Of a stretch of 64,000 nt of DNA, positions 51,225 to 64,000 are shown one piece after another. Position numbers and translations under genes: made by a program. The stretch is from Octopus bimaculoides. Taxonomy: Eukaryota. The notes under the pieces are model-generated. The model worked only from the letters and a program-made list of their open reading frames with translations, was not told where the DNA came from and ran no database searches. The stretch is taken from the NCBI RefSeq assembly GCF_001194135.2, contig NC_068984.1, forward strand, positions 4,123,939 through 4,187,938, given 5' to 3'. Position 1 is the first letter of the stretch. Each line of letters begins with the position of its first letter.

Positions 51225-52205
51225 TGAAAGGGCATCGTTTTTGCTAAGAAGGATGGGTCTTCACAAGCACAAAATCACCAAAATATCTCAGCCCTTTGCC
51301 ATCTTCACTGTCTACCCACATTTTCCTAGGTTTCCCCTCTTCTACAGGTTCTATCCATATTTAAGGATCAACTCTTCTTTTTGCTTCTGTTCTCATCCAT
51401 AGGCATCACATGACCATACCAGTGCAGCCTTTCTTGCACAATATATCTGATGCCCCTTATAACCAATTTTTCTCTCAATACATCCTTTCTTTCACATACA
51501 TGCACACTGATGTTGTACATCCATTTGAACATGCCGACTTCATTTCTTTCTAGTCTTCTCACGTCCTCTGCATACAGAGCCCGTGTTTCACTACCCTTTT
51601 GCTATTCATACTCAAATACCACACAATCTGACTTTCACTCTGAGAGAGAAGCCTTCTACGACTAACAATATTTCTCTGAATTTTCTCCACTCGGTTCTTA
51701 TTCTTGTGACTATGCTTTCACAGCATCCTCCTCCACTACTAATTTGGTCACCTAGGTAACAGAAACTATCTACTGCCTCTGAGGATCCTCCTGGGTATTC
51801 AAGAAAATCTCTATTTCCTGTGCTCTTAGTGTTTATTGCACCTGTGCATCTTAGTGTTTATTGCACCTGTGCATCTGCCATATATAAAATCTATTTTGTT
51901 AAGTTTCCTGTGATTCCACTCTTGAGGCCATAGTCTGCACTTGCTACACTGTATGGAATTTCTGCCAACAGCCATTTCTATACATCAAACAGGGCCATTT
52001 TCCTGAAGGAATTACTTGTTTGTCTCCCTGCTTACTGGAATTTTGGTCTCTGCTAAGTTAATTTCAAGGCCTTTTGATTTCAGGTTTTGCTTCCACACTG
52101 GGAATTTCATTTCTGATTCTAATACAAATTCATCTAGAAGAACAAGGTTATCCATACGGAGGAGCTCCTACAGTCAACCGTTCTTGAACTCCTTTGATAT
52201 GGCCT
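51225..52205 (-). mobile_element. RTE LINE fragment: end of RT domain to C-terminus
   Basis: ELLRMDNLVL (decayed ELLYADDLVL), KGLEINLAETK, YLGDQISSGGGC, RRLERNE, RLHWYGHV; 25-bp tandem duplication at 51825-51876. Confidence 0.85.
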
Positions 52206-52209
52206 AGAG

Positions 52210-52430
52210 CAGTAGTTCCCAAACATTTTCAGGTTGCCGCCCCCTTAACCTCCAGTCCACATTCCTAGTGCCCACCACCACCACCACTCATCACCACAAA
52301 CATAGACCACTTTCTGCAGCAAATTCAAAACAACTATTTCACAAATAAAACCTAACCTAGTTAACCCATTACTTTAAGGTTATTTTTACATCCATTGCCC
52401 CCTTTTGGTTACCCCATTATTGTCCCATTA
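52210..52430 (+). mobile_element. Possible hAT-type non-autonomous element end
   Basis: Begins CAGTAGTTCCCAAAC, like Charlie-type TIRs; opposite TIR not found. Confidence 0.35.
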
Positions 52431-52435
52431 TTCTT

Positions 52436-52800
52436 AAGGCAACAAGCTGGCAGAAACGTTAGCACACTGGGCGAAATGCTTAGTGGTATTTCATCTGAGT
52501 TAAAATTCCACTGGGGTCAACTTTCATCCTTTCGGGGTCAACAAATTAAGTACCAGTTGCATACTGGGGCTGATCTAATTGACTGGCTCCCTCTCCAAAA
52601 ATATTGGGCCTTATGCCTAAAGTATGAAAAAAAATATTCCGTATGCCGTTACGTTCTGAGTTCAAATTCCACCGAGGTCGACTTTGCCTTTCATCCTTTC
52701 AGGGTCGATAAATTAAGTACCAGTTGCATACTGGGGTTAATCTAATCAACTGGCCCCCTCCCCAAAACTTTCGGGCCTTGTGCTTAGAGTAGAAAAAAAT
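52436..52800 (+). mobile_element. SINE family C with tandemly duplicated 3' portion
   Basis: CTTTCATCCTTTC..AAGTACCAGTTGCATACTGGGG occurs twice. Confidence 0.75.
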
Positions 52801-53979
52801 ATGTTAATGTGTATGTGTGTGTGTGTGAGTTTGTGTACGTGTGTGTGTGTGTGTGTGTATGGATGTGCCCCTACGTAAGCCCCTACTCCTCCCACTCACT
52901 TCTAGCAAGTTGTCCATGTAGTTCAATGGGCCAGTCTTGTCAAATTCAATGTGTTCTGCTGAATCTCCCTGAGAATTATGTTAAGGGCACATGTGCTGTG
53001 GAGCGCTCAGCCACTTGCATCTTAATTTCACAAGATGGCTGTTTGATTGATTAGATCAACTGAAAGATTTGTTGCCATAACCAACAGAGAGCTAGCCTAA
53101 TAATGCTGAGGAGGACGGCCAGCTGCATTTTCCACGTAACTGGGCATTTTAAGCTCGTGTAAATTGATGTTTTGCAGGTTTCCTGAAACACGTGTACATT
53201 AGATAAAGCATAAATATTGATTACATTTTCTCACATGTTGTAACACTAATATCCCAGAATCCCATGCACCAATGAGTCAAGTATGTTGAACAGACTGTCA
53301 TCGCAAAAGAAAGAAGTTATTCTCTTATGACGTACACTACAACGACTAGCATATTTTGTGGTTGAACCTGCCTAGAAGCATTAAAAACAAAAATGTGAAT
53401 AACCACTCCAGATCTCACAATAAACAGAGCAAATAATGATTTTTAAAAATATATGTGTGTGTGTGTGTGTAAGTAAGTAAGTCAAGCAAGCAAGCATGGT
53501 GGTATGGTTTAGAAGTCTGCTTCCCAATCACATGGTTCTGGGTTGAGTCCCACTACATGGTACCTTGGGCAAGTGTCTTCTACCAAAGTCTTGTGAGTGG
53601 ATTTGGTAGACAGAAACTTGTTTGTGTACACATGGGGAATATGTATGTTGTGCGTGTGTGTGTATACCAGTGTCTCCTTGCCTTTGCACCATGTGATAGT
53701 TGTAAACGAGTGCCACTGTCTTAAGCGTGGTGTCATTCAGTTCCAAACTTCTGTGAAACATGTCTGGCCATGGGGAAATGTAAAACATTTTCCTCAATAA
53801 ATTTCATCTGACCCATGCAAGCATGGAAAAGTGGACAGTATAACGATGATGATGATTATGATGGTGCTTTTTACATACTGCCAGCACAGGAACCAATTGG
53901 TGTGGGGAGGCTGGCATCGACCATATTCTGTCTCAAAATGATGGACCCAGGTGTCATCTCCTGTGATTATTCTATCCTA

Positions 53980-54413
53980 AAAAGCTCTGTCTTCATCATT
54001 GTAGTGGTTCAGTAAGCACTGAGATCTCTGCACAGTTGCACTTATGTGCTTCGGTAAGCTCTCTCAGACTTTACAGAAGCAAAGCCTGTCATTGATGATT
54101 TCATATGCAGAGCCATGACTAATTTGCAGAGAAAATGCTGCCTTATCAATGGTCACTGATCGGTTTGCCAGAATCATCCCTAGAGCTTGTAGGCAGTTGA
54201 TGGGTGTCCTGTTCTCTCTTCTTGCTTCACATTTATCCAACCATTTTTAAAGTTCTCAATCCATTCATACCCATTTCTGCATGGTAGAGCATTGTCCTCA
54301 TATTGTACTGAAAGTATGCGATGAATTACAACCCCCAACACACCTTCAGACCAGAGAAATCAAATCACTGGTCTCTGTTCTTCCTTGGGGCACACGGCCA
54401 ACAGAGTGGCCAT
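53980..54413 (-). pseudogene. Second mariner-family transposase, N-terminal relic
   Basis: MATLLAVCPKEEQRPVI*FLWSEG..YEWIENFKNG..TGHPST..SLQISHGSAYEII..FCKV. Confidence 0.8.
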
Positions 54414-54568
54414 GTTTACTCTGTTTACTGTGAAAGGAAACTGGAGCGATCAAAGGCAAATCTCACTTATACAACCACAAGAGAACCACCTTGTAGCATA
54501 CAAGTGCCGAAAGCAGTCCAGCCAAATAAAAATGTTTTGACGAAAGTGCAAACAGTTTTTATTTTCCC

Positions 54569-54599
<31 letters not shown>

Positions 54600-54604
<5 letters not shown>

Positions 54605-54960
54605 TCATCATTTAATATCCATTGTCCATGCTCACTTGGGTTGGATGGTTTGACCAGGCCGGCATGCTGGAAGGCTGCACCAGACTCCTGTCTGATTCAA
54701 CATGGTTTTCTATGACTGGATGCCCTTCCTAATGCCAACCACTCCAAGAGTGTAATGGGTGTTTTTTATGTGCCACTGGTACAGGTGCCATTTGCATGAC
54801 ACCAGGGTGCATTTATATGTTACAGGTGCCAATTTATGTGACACCAGTATCTGTCACAACTACAAATTTGCTTCGCTTCATAGGTCTTCTTCTCAAGCAT
54901 GGTATAATGCTAAAGGTCTTGGTCATTGCCTCTGTGAGGCCCAATGCAGGTATTAAATGT
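54600..54960 (-). mobile_element. RTE-type 3'-tail element
   Basis: GGATGCCCTTCCTAATGCCAACCACTC core. Confidence 0.65.
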
Positions 54961-55338
54961 TAACTCTTGGAAAAATGAGTACTCAATACTAGAGAGGTGA
55001 TTGGTATTTTTTATTTTGTTCAGGTCAGTCTCTTGTTACTCTGAGTCTCATCTGTGGCTACACAGGATGTTAAGGCAAGTCACAACTTGCTTGAAGGTTT
55101 TGTGCACCAACAGACAAAATTTTGAGTCGGAAGAGACTGACTCAATTTAAATAAAATACATTACATTCATGCAATGCATATGTTTTTGTCTAAGTATGTA
55201 TAAGTGAGAAAAAGCAGTCACTTGTATAGGTAGCTGCTATCAATATGGAAGGATTTCCAGCATTGCAATGATTTTAGAAGGGCTTGCAAAACCTCTGAGT
55301 AGCTCCTACACTGAGCAAATTATCTCTGATGTTTATTT

Positions 55339-55377
<39 letters not shown>

Positions 55378-55489
55378 ACATAGCAACCTATGTGCATGTT
55401 ATATTTACTATAAAGCTTCCTTAAAAAGTGAGTGTTAAGATGAAGTCCACATTCTTTTTTTTTTCTTCTCATTTGTTGTTTTAGTTATC

Positions 55490-56150
55490 ATCATCATCAT
55501 CATCATACAATCATATATATGAACATCACCAACATCATCAGCAACAGCATCATACGATCATCTGTACAGTTATTATCATTAATATCATCATCATTATCAT
55601 CATCATCATCATCGTTACTTCCTATGTCACAATTCCCCCAGTGTTCTGTCCCCACCACCACCACCCCTGTCAAGTCTTCTGTTGTCTTTAGTTCAAGCTG
55701 CCATGTTAGCCAAAAAGAAGAACAAAAAAAACAAAAAAAAAAACAAACAAAACCTACTCCCCACCACCACCACCACCTACCCATCCACACCACCTCTGCA
55801 CCAAAAGAAAACAAAGTGTAGAAACCAAACAAAACTAGGGTGGATAATGGGGGTGGGTGGTGATGGTGGTGGTGGTGGTGGTGGTGGACTGATGAAGACA
55901 CAAATGTTTGTTTTGCTTTTGCCCAACTTTCCTGCTGTTGTTTAGACACAAAACATCGCCATATTTGTCCATCCCACACACACACACACACATATACGCA
56001 CGCACATGTATGCACATATACACACGCATCGCATCGACTCTTGTACCCAAGTGAAATCCCCCCCCCCACGCACACACACACATCCCCTAACCATACACTT
56101 TTGCAGACCCTAGCTTTNNNNNNNNNNAGACCCTAGCTTTAATGGAGATC

Positions 56151-56227
<77 letters not shown>

Positions 56228-57221
56228 TATTGGTGACAGGAGGAGGAGGAGGAATTATATGTGAGGTATGGGAGGAGGTTGAGCTGAGATTGTTTTGTAT
56301 AAATTTAAACAGTTCTGGATTTTTTGTTGCTCATTGTTGTTGCTGTTGTTGTTGTTGTTGTTGCTGATATTGTCTTTAATTTTTCATGTTTTTGTTGTCT
56401 TCTCACCCCTCCCACCACCACTCCACTCTACCAAGTCATTGTTGTTCTTAATATTGCTTTCTTTATTATTATTGTTGTTGTTGTTGTTTGATGTAATTAT
56501 TGTTTTAATTGTTGTTATTTTTGCTGCTACTGATGATGATGATGACGATGAGACAGCAGCAGCAGTGGTTATGGTAGTGGTAGTACTGGTGATGAGGATG
56601 ATGATGATGGTGGTGGTGGTGGTGGTGGTAGTGGTGGAGGTGGCCATGACGATGGTGATGACAATGATGTTGTAGCGATTGTTCCAATGTATGAAATCAT
56701 TCTCTGATTGGAGGTAGACTTGTCCAAGGCACAATGCGGCGCAGTGAGGCACAGTCTTTGTGCTCGAGTTCTCTTCTGAATCTCGAGTCGGTTCCAACCG
56801 AAGTCTTTTAGTCTTCAGTTGGAATTGCAGCATTGAAACTACTGGGCAACAACAAGACAATGATGTAGTGGTGGTCATGATGGCAGTAGTAGAGGTGGCG
56901 GCAGTGGCTGTGATGATGATGATGATGATGATGGTGATGACAGTGCTGTGGTGATTGTGATGATGATGATGATGATAATAGTGTAGTGATAGTTATGGTG
57001 ATGATGATGATGATTATGAAAGACACAATGATGATGATGTTGATTTCATTTTTTGTGCTGTTGTTTTTATTTATTTATTACTCGTTTTTTTTTTGTATGA
57101 TGTTTTCCTTCTTCCTGCTTTTCCACATTCAGTTTTGTTTTCCCAGCAGTTGTTGTTGTTGTTGTTGTTGTTGTTTTACTTTTTCTGCCATTACTGCTTT
57201 TTGTTGTCATTATTTATTTAC

Positions 57222-57268
<47 letters not shown>

Positions 57269-57550
57269 CATTATTATTATTATTATTATCATTATTATTA
57301 TTCATGATAGCATTAGTATTGATGCAGAATTTGTTGTTTACTGTTGTTGTTGTTGTTGCTCAAGGTGTCTTTTGTTCAATGTGCTTGGCATGACTCATTG
57401 TTTACAAATAGCCCCATTTGCTGTAGTTTGTGTGCCAGCGCTAGTGTAAACAGTGACTCAGCAGCACTACTACTAACTCCTCGCATAACATGACGGCGAT
57501 GACGATGGTTGTGGCGGTGGTGGTGGTGGTGGTGGTGGTGGTTGCCTTGG
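55490..57550. repeat. Mosaic of trinucleotide microsatellites (CAT, CAC, GGT, GTT, GAT, ATT) with short unique islands
   Basis: Directly visible. Confidence 0.85.
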
Positions 57551-58689
57551 TCACTGTATGTTTGCAGTAACCAACCAGCTTTGATAGTGAGATCCACAGA
57601 AACAGCAAAACAACAAGCTTCGTTCCATCCCTTTCACTCTGCTGTAATGAAGAACCAACATTACAGTTAACTCTCTTCCATCGACACACTGGCCATTCCT
57701 TGGACTTTAACTATTGTATTCATAATCATACGTACTCCTACATTTGTGTGTGTGTGTGTGTGTAATCATTGCTGTTATTACACAAGAGTACAAAGTACTC
57801 AATACATTGGCTGGAGTATAGTTATATTTATTCAGCTGGGGACGTGTACGGTTACTTAAGTTTCATGCTTACATGACCATTCAGATGGTAGCACGAATAA
57901 TATCTGCATGTGTTTGTGTGTGTGTGCGTAGTGTGATGCATGTATGTGTGTGCACATGTGATGCACATCTTTGTGTGTGCGTATGTGTGTGTATTATATA
58001 TGTATTTCTGTGTATCTTTCTCTTTTTAACTATGCATGAACTTTATACACACTATACAGGCATGTGCAACATAGACATACAGGAGCATGTATGGATATAT
58101 ATATATGTGTGTGTGTGTGTGTATACGCATAAATGTGCTTATATGTATGTAGAAATATAAGCTTCCATCGAAAGTGTGTGTATGTGTTTATATTTAGCTA
58201 TCTGTATACATATACACATATACATTCATTTCTTCCTCCTTAATAAGTTTTTCTTTCTTAATGTAAATATCTTTTATTAATTTAGTATTTGAGTATTTAA
58301 GTATTTGCTTTTCACTGGAAACCTATGTGTGTCTATGTGTGTGTATGTGTGCGTGTTTGCTTGTGTACAGTTTGGTAGTATCAGATTAGTGGCGTTGGCT
58401 AATGGTCTGTTATTATTTAGTCTAAATGTTCTTGGCAACATGCTGCTACCAACACAAGCAAAGAGGACATTTTACAAAGATGATCCTTATCATGAATGTA
58501 CCCAGTTGAGATAGCATTCCTTATTTACAAACTACCTTTCAACTCCTCAAAATATTTGTGAGTTGCCTGGCTTTTGCTTAAATAAATACAAACTTCTAAA
58601 ATCATTTTCTTTAATTGATATTTATCCCCAAAGAATTAGTTTTTGTTCCTGTTCTTTATAAGAGAGTTAGAGGATGGGTAATACCATCT

Positions 58690-58830
58690 CTCAGTCAGTA
58701 CTGGAATTCTGGATTCTTCCAGCATCCTTCACAAACATTAATGTCTCTTTCCTAAATTTCTCTTCTATACCAAGATTCTCAAACTCATTGTCTTCTTCAA
58801 ACTGTTGCTTTCTTTTGTTGTACGTGATGT
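58690..58830 (-). mobile_element. Possible decayed hAT transposase fragment
   Basis: KRKQQFEEDNEFENLGIEEKFRKE resembles the pre-dimerisation region of ZMYM1-like hAT transposases; weak. Confidence 0.3.
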
Positions 58831-60737
58831 AAATTGACTGTCAAATTAAGGGATGATTTTTGCATGATTTCCCTTCATAATAGAGAAGTGGTTCCCTAAC
58901 ATGAAGAGAAAGGCAATAAACACATCATCCTTGAATAGAAAGTTTCTTTGTCTCCCTTAAATGTCAGATATTCCTTCCACTGGAGAACTTCTCTACAAAA
59001 TCTGGTGCTAATAAATATCACTTACTTCCAGCAGTTCTTCAATTAAGTACTGATGAAAATGTCTGAATTTGCAGAATTATCAAACCCAGGCTAAATAAAA
59101 TAGATTATTGGTTCGTTTTGGACAAGTCACACAGAGGGTGATGTTGGTTGAATAAACTCCACCAATACAATACCAGTAATTATTTTCATGATAAACAGCA
59201 ATATTGACTTTGGCAAGAATTTAATTCAAAATGTGCAATGGTAAGAGGAATGAGTGTTCTGTTCGAAAGTAAGGACTAATATTCTGGTCTCCATTTGAGA
59301 TATGAACCCACTGAAAAATATGTCTCTCACATCTAATTCTCTTCTGATTGCTACCATCATCATCCACACACCCTTTAATAAGCCATTTCTTTATGAAAGA
59401 CCTTCATTTCCCAAAGCCGTTACCATACTGTGTTATTCCTTCTGTACAGCGTTTCATCACAATACCCTATACCCCCAATACAATATAATCCAACACACCC
59501 TTTAAGCTCATCAATCAGCTTCATGTCTCCCCACACCTTTCTCATCCAACAGGGACCAACCGGTTCTGGACGATGACCTTCCCCTGATATATTAAACTGC
59601 CAACAATAATAGCAAATGTTACCACAATTATTTTGATCTTAAAAGCTTGTATGAAAATTCTTTTTTTTTGTATTGTTTCTGTTTTTGTTCTTATTTATTT
59701 AGAAAGTTAAAGCGATTGTCCAAAATCTGTTTTCAACTAATTTTATTTTATTTCCAAAATATGATGTCTGGAAGCAGTCTTCATGCTTCCCCTTCACAAA
59801 TGAAAAACTACAATTAGATTGAACATGACATGAAAATAATGAAATACCTCACCACCACATCCCATCATTAATAAACAGACGTTTAGAAATATGTAAATAA
59901 ATATGTTTCTTTTATTTCATTTTTTCTTTGTTTTTTTTTTTTTTTAATTTTCTTTCTCCCTCCTCTCCTAAATAAATTCTTGATTTCACAATCAAAGAAA
60001 CAAAATCTCAAAATCAATAAAATGTCTTGTACTTTAAATCAATAGCAGCAATGTTCTTTGGCTTAGCTTCCTTGTTTCCTTCTCTGATTAGAATATGCCA
60101 GTTTATCTACTGAAATGTGCATATTTCTGCCGGACACAGCTACAAGATAAAATTAGATGGCTGTCTTCAATGAAACAATACCTACAATTTCTCTACAATG
60201 AAAGAAAAATATAAGATTTTCTTTTCCTCTTTTATAAGAATTTCTTCTGCCGCCCTCACCATTTTCAATGTCCATCTATGCTCTTTTATCGCTATCTTTA
60301 TTATTTTCTGTGATCTTGTTTCCATTATCATTGTGACATTTCATACAGACTGATCAATAAATTGATTGATTGATTGGGAAGATTTCTCCCATCCTCTCTA
60401 TCATTTTCTTGCCGACTATCCATTTCTAACTGTGTTTTTACCTAGCACATCAATCCAATCTGCGTTTATATCTGTTTTCTATATAAAACATGTGTACAGA
60501 TTCTACAGATGCACACCAAAATTACCTCTTCCTCCTCCTCTTCCTCTTCCTCATCTTCACACACTATTGCTCTTTTTTTTGCTTAATATTCTTCCAGTGT
60601 CTGTCTACCTCTCACCTGCACTCAATACCATAATCTAATTCTTCAGTCTCACTACATTGAGCATTTATCAAATAATTGTTTAATTTTTATTATGCATGTA
60701 CTCACACTTCTCACGGTCTCCAAATACATCTGTATTA

Positions 60738-60769
<32 letters not shown>

Positions 60770-61534
60770 ACACACAATTTATGTATGTCTGTATATATGA
60801 ATATTTATACACATATATATATATGTATGTATGTGTGTGTGCGTGTAATTATGTTTATCTATACATATATATGTATATGTGTATGTTTTTATACATGCGT
60901 ATATGTGTGCATGTATATATATACATACATACATATACACACACACACACACACATACATACACATATAGAGATTGATATTTATTTATTTATTTATTCCC
61001 GTGCAGAAGCAGGTGTTCATCTGATGCCTGAATATTTTTCCTTTTTAATAACAAGTTTACATCAAGGTATGCGTCGGATGACATTAGAATGAATTGTTCG
61101 GGCAATTATTTTACACTTGATTGATTTCTCTAACATCAGTTATTCAGCCATGAAGTTAGATTTTTACTTTTATCCCAAATTAGTCACCACGTCTCTTCTA
61201 TGTAGTGCTGGCTGAAGCTGACCATTAAGCAAAGCTTGTTTCATATGTGTGTGTGTGTGTGTGTGGTTGTTTCATGTCTTGTGGAAAGAAGGCACTGGAA
61301 TTGGAAGAGAAAGATAAACAGGGTGGATAGAAGAAGACATAGAGGAAGTTAAACATACAGTAATATTGGGACTTTCTTAAAAGCTTGAAAACAATGATGT
61401 GTTTCATTATATGTTGAAGTGTTGAATAGGGTTGATTTAAGGTGTTTAAGAAGATATGAATGTTGTGAGTTTTAGTTTGAGGGGAAATATGAAACATATC
61501 AATCCCAAAGATCTAACTCAAAGTCGTATGTAAA

Positions 61535-62100
61535 TCATCACAATCATTGTCGTCGTTTAATGTCCGCTTTCCATGCTGGCATGGGTTGGACGGTTTGACT
61601 GAGGACTGGCAAGTCAGGAGGCTGCACCAGGCTCCAATCTGATTTGGCAAAGATTTTACAGTTGGATGCCCTTCCTAACGCCAACCTCTGCAAGAGTGTA
61701 GTGGGTGCTTTTTACATTCCACCAGCATGGGAGCCAGTCAGGCGGCACTGACATTGACCAAGCTTAAATGGTGCTTTTTACATGCTACCGGCATGGGGGG
61801 AGCCAGTCAGGTGGCACTGGCATCGACTACACTCAAATGGTGCCTTTTACATGCCACCGGCACTGGCATTGGTAACGCTCGAATGGTATTTTTTATGTGC
61901 CATTGGTATGATTGAAGCCAGTCAGGTGGCACTGGCATCGACCATGCTGGAATAATGCTTTTTATATGCCACCAGTACGGGTTCCAGTCAGACGGCACTG
62001 GCATTGGTCACACTCGAATAGTGCTTTCTACATGCCACTGGCACAAGTGCAAGTTAGGCAGCACTGGCATCGGCCACACTCAAATGGTGCTTTCAAGTAT
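61535..62100 (-). mobile_element. RTE 3'-tail element with ~6 tandem 45-70-bp units
   Basis: Unit starts near 61704, 61772, 61841, 61886, 61955, 62021 and 62087. Confidence 0.8.
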
Positions 62101-62127
62101 GACCGATGTCAATGCCACCTAAATATT

Positions 62128-62363
62128 GGTTTTAAATTTTGGCACAAGGCCAGCAATTTTGGGGGAGGCAGTTAGTTGATTAGTTCGACTCCAGTTACCA
62201 ACTGGTACTTATTTTATTGACTCTTAAAAGATGAAAGGCAAAGCTGACCTCAGCAGAATTTGAACTCAGAATGTAAAGACAGATTTAATGCCACAAAACA
62301 TAAAGAAGCTGTTAGCACATCAGTCAAAATGCCTGGCATGCTAACAGCTCTGAAAGCTCACCC
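62128..62363 (-). mobile_element. SINE family C
   Basis: Reverse complement of the family C layout. Confidence 0.65.
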
Positions 62364-63033
62364 AGCTGAAGAACTTCTGGGACTCCTGACCAAACTAGAT
62401 TCTATATTTTAGATGGATATTGTCAGACACCTAAATCTCCATCTGTTGCCAGAATCTATTCTGCAGAAATTTCAAGACATTATTTGCTGTTGATGTATAA
62501 ATAATGATGTGACATATATAGAAATTGTTGAACATAAAAGAGATATGGTTCTCTGTATAAGCATGCTGTAACCATACTCAGGAATTCAGATCTGGTTATT
62601 TGGAAGGGTTGCTGTGTTCTTACAGCACTCCACTTTTGGTTTTGTAACACCTTCACATTCTATAGATCTTTAGTAAGGCTATGAATTTATAAATGACTAT
62701 TATCTTATCTACTGGTACTCTGAGTATTGATGTTGTTTTTCATGTTTAAGATTATTAAAAAAAAACTTCAGAAAATTTTATTAACTCACCAGTCATTTTG
62801 TTGCTCTTCCCAAAAATAACACACATCTCAAAATAACACCAGTCACTTGAGGTAGATTAATATATTTTCTAATTGCTTTTACCTCTGCCAACATTTTGAA
62901 TGCTGTTTCATAATATCTCCATCTCTTGCTTTATGTATTCATCTGTTTGTTAATTCTCCATTCTGTAATGAGAAACTTAAGGACTAACTTGAGGATATTT
63001 CTCTAACATTTGTCGTCTTTCTATCTTTGACAG

Positions 63034-63373
63034 CTGGAGGAGATTTCCAGAAGATTTGGGAAGAACACTGCAAGAATGGTCAACTTTTAACTGATTATGC
63101 TGATGCTATGCACCATTTAGCCGTTGACCACTGGTCTTACCTACCTCAGACACGTATTACTTGGTGTCGGAATATTATCCACAAATTCTTTCTACAAGAT
63201 GGTTTGCAAAAGGCTCGGGACAAAGATATGCGTCGACTTCACCACCATCAGACAGAACAAAACTCTCCTTTAGAAGGCTGTGTTGAGAAGACTTCCTCTG
63301 CATCAGGTTCGCTGGCTGCTTCAGGGTCCGTTTGTAGACCCGAAGATTATAGGAATCAGAAACAAAATATTGT
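63034..63373 (+). CDS. SAMTOR: Internal coding exon of S-adenosylmethionine sensor upstream of mTORC1 (SAMTOR/BMT2/C7orf60 ortholog)
   Basis: GDFQKIWEEHC..DYADAMHHLAVDHW..RITWC..KARDKDMRR aligns by eye with recalled human GDFDKIWREHC..EYAVAMKNLADNHW..RIEWC..KALEKDEKR; TTTGACAG acceptor (phase 1), GTGAGT donor at 63374. Confidence 0.88.
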
Positions 63374-63597
63374 GTGAGTACAGCAACCTTCCAGTATTTT
63401 TCAATCAGTGAAATTCCTCTAATAATTATATTTTTGGTTCAAAAACTGATTATTCCATATTTTGAAATACATTACATCTTGCAGAGTGTCTCCTTAAGAA
63501 TTAACCTCCATATTCTTACTAACTTCACTTCAGTTCTTCCACTCCAGTTTTAGGAATTCATTTAATTCATTCTAGTCTTTGATGGGAAAAACATAAT

Positions 63598-63778
63598 TCA
63601 GTTCTAAATTTAAGAGATGAAGAATTATGTACATTATTTACATTTTTTTTACATTTGACGGATATTTGTCCTCATTTTGTTTGTTATTAACACGTTTCGG
63701 CTGATATACCCTCCAGCCTTCATCAGGTATCTTGGGGAATTCCCGAACCTGGGTTCTCATTCCTAAGGTATTTTTCAA

Positions 63779-63780
<2 letters not shown>
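63598..63780 (-). mobile_element. Headless hammerhead module (copy 5)
   Basis: Minus strand GATAC-CTGATGA-A-GGCTG..CAGCC-GAAA-CGTGTT at 63688-63732. Confidence 0.75.
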
Positions 63781-63812
<32 letters not shown>

Positions 63813-64000
63813 TAGTTTTACTTTTATAACGTGCTGTGGTTTGCTGTGGTGCTCTTATGTTTACTGTATTGAAAGTGTTTTGCGTAGAATGTGTGCAGTA
63901 CCCAGTAGTGCAATTTTCTGAATGTTATATATATTTGTAAGTCCTGGTGTTTTTGTTATGTATTTGTCTGAATATTTTTTTATTATACCTAAGGCACCTA
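63781..64000 (-). mobile_element. 3' end of an RLE-type LINE with (AAT)n tail
   Basis: GALGIIKKYSDKYITKTPGLTNIYNIQKIALLGTAHILRKTLSIQ* (stop 63861-63863). Confidence 0.8.

Noticed and set aside
56384-56878. 164-aa ORF as a gene
   Set aside because: Mostly translated microsatellite; the unique part has no recognisable homology

Overview
AT-rich, repeat-dominated animal genomic DNA with 13 N-gaps and very dense (TA)n/(CA)n/(GA)n/(GAT)n/(ATT)n microsatellites. The repeat landscape suggests a cephalopod (octopus-like) draft scaffold, which is an inference. Almost all listed ORFs are microsatellite or N artefacts. One host coding exon is recognisable: 63034-63373 (+), a SAMTOR/BMT2 ortholog. There is also one orphan 60-nt exon candidate (29681-29740). 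The rest is mobile DNA: a full-length frameshifted cecropia-type mariner with TIRs and TA TSD (21344-22627), a second mariner relic, two piggyBac-type TTAA MITEs, and relics of RTE, L2/Jockey-like and RLE-type LINEs. It also holds several tRNA-head SINE families, many RTE 3'-tail elements (some with ~65-bp tandem arrays) and several fold-back/inverted duplications. The most interesting signal is not in the ORF track: nine minimal type I hammerhead-ribozyme motifs in about three sequence families. One has an intact core (40226-40277). Five belong to a module carried by a tRNA-head SINE, and the rest are decayed relics. This resembles Penelope-like element (PLE)/retrozyme biology. No searches or folding programs were run; all assignments come from reading motifs and from recalled family knowledge.
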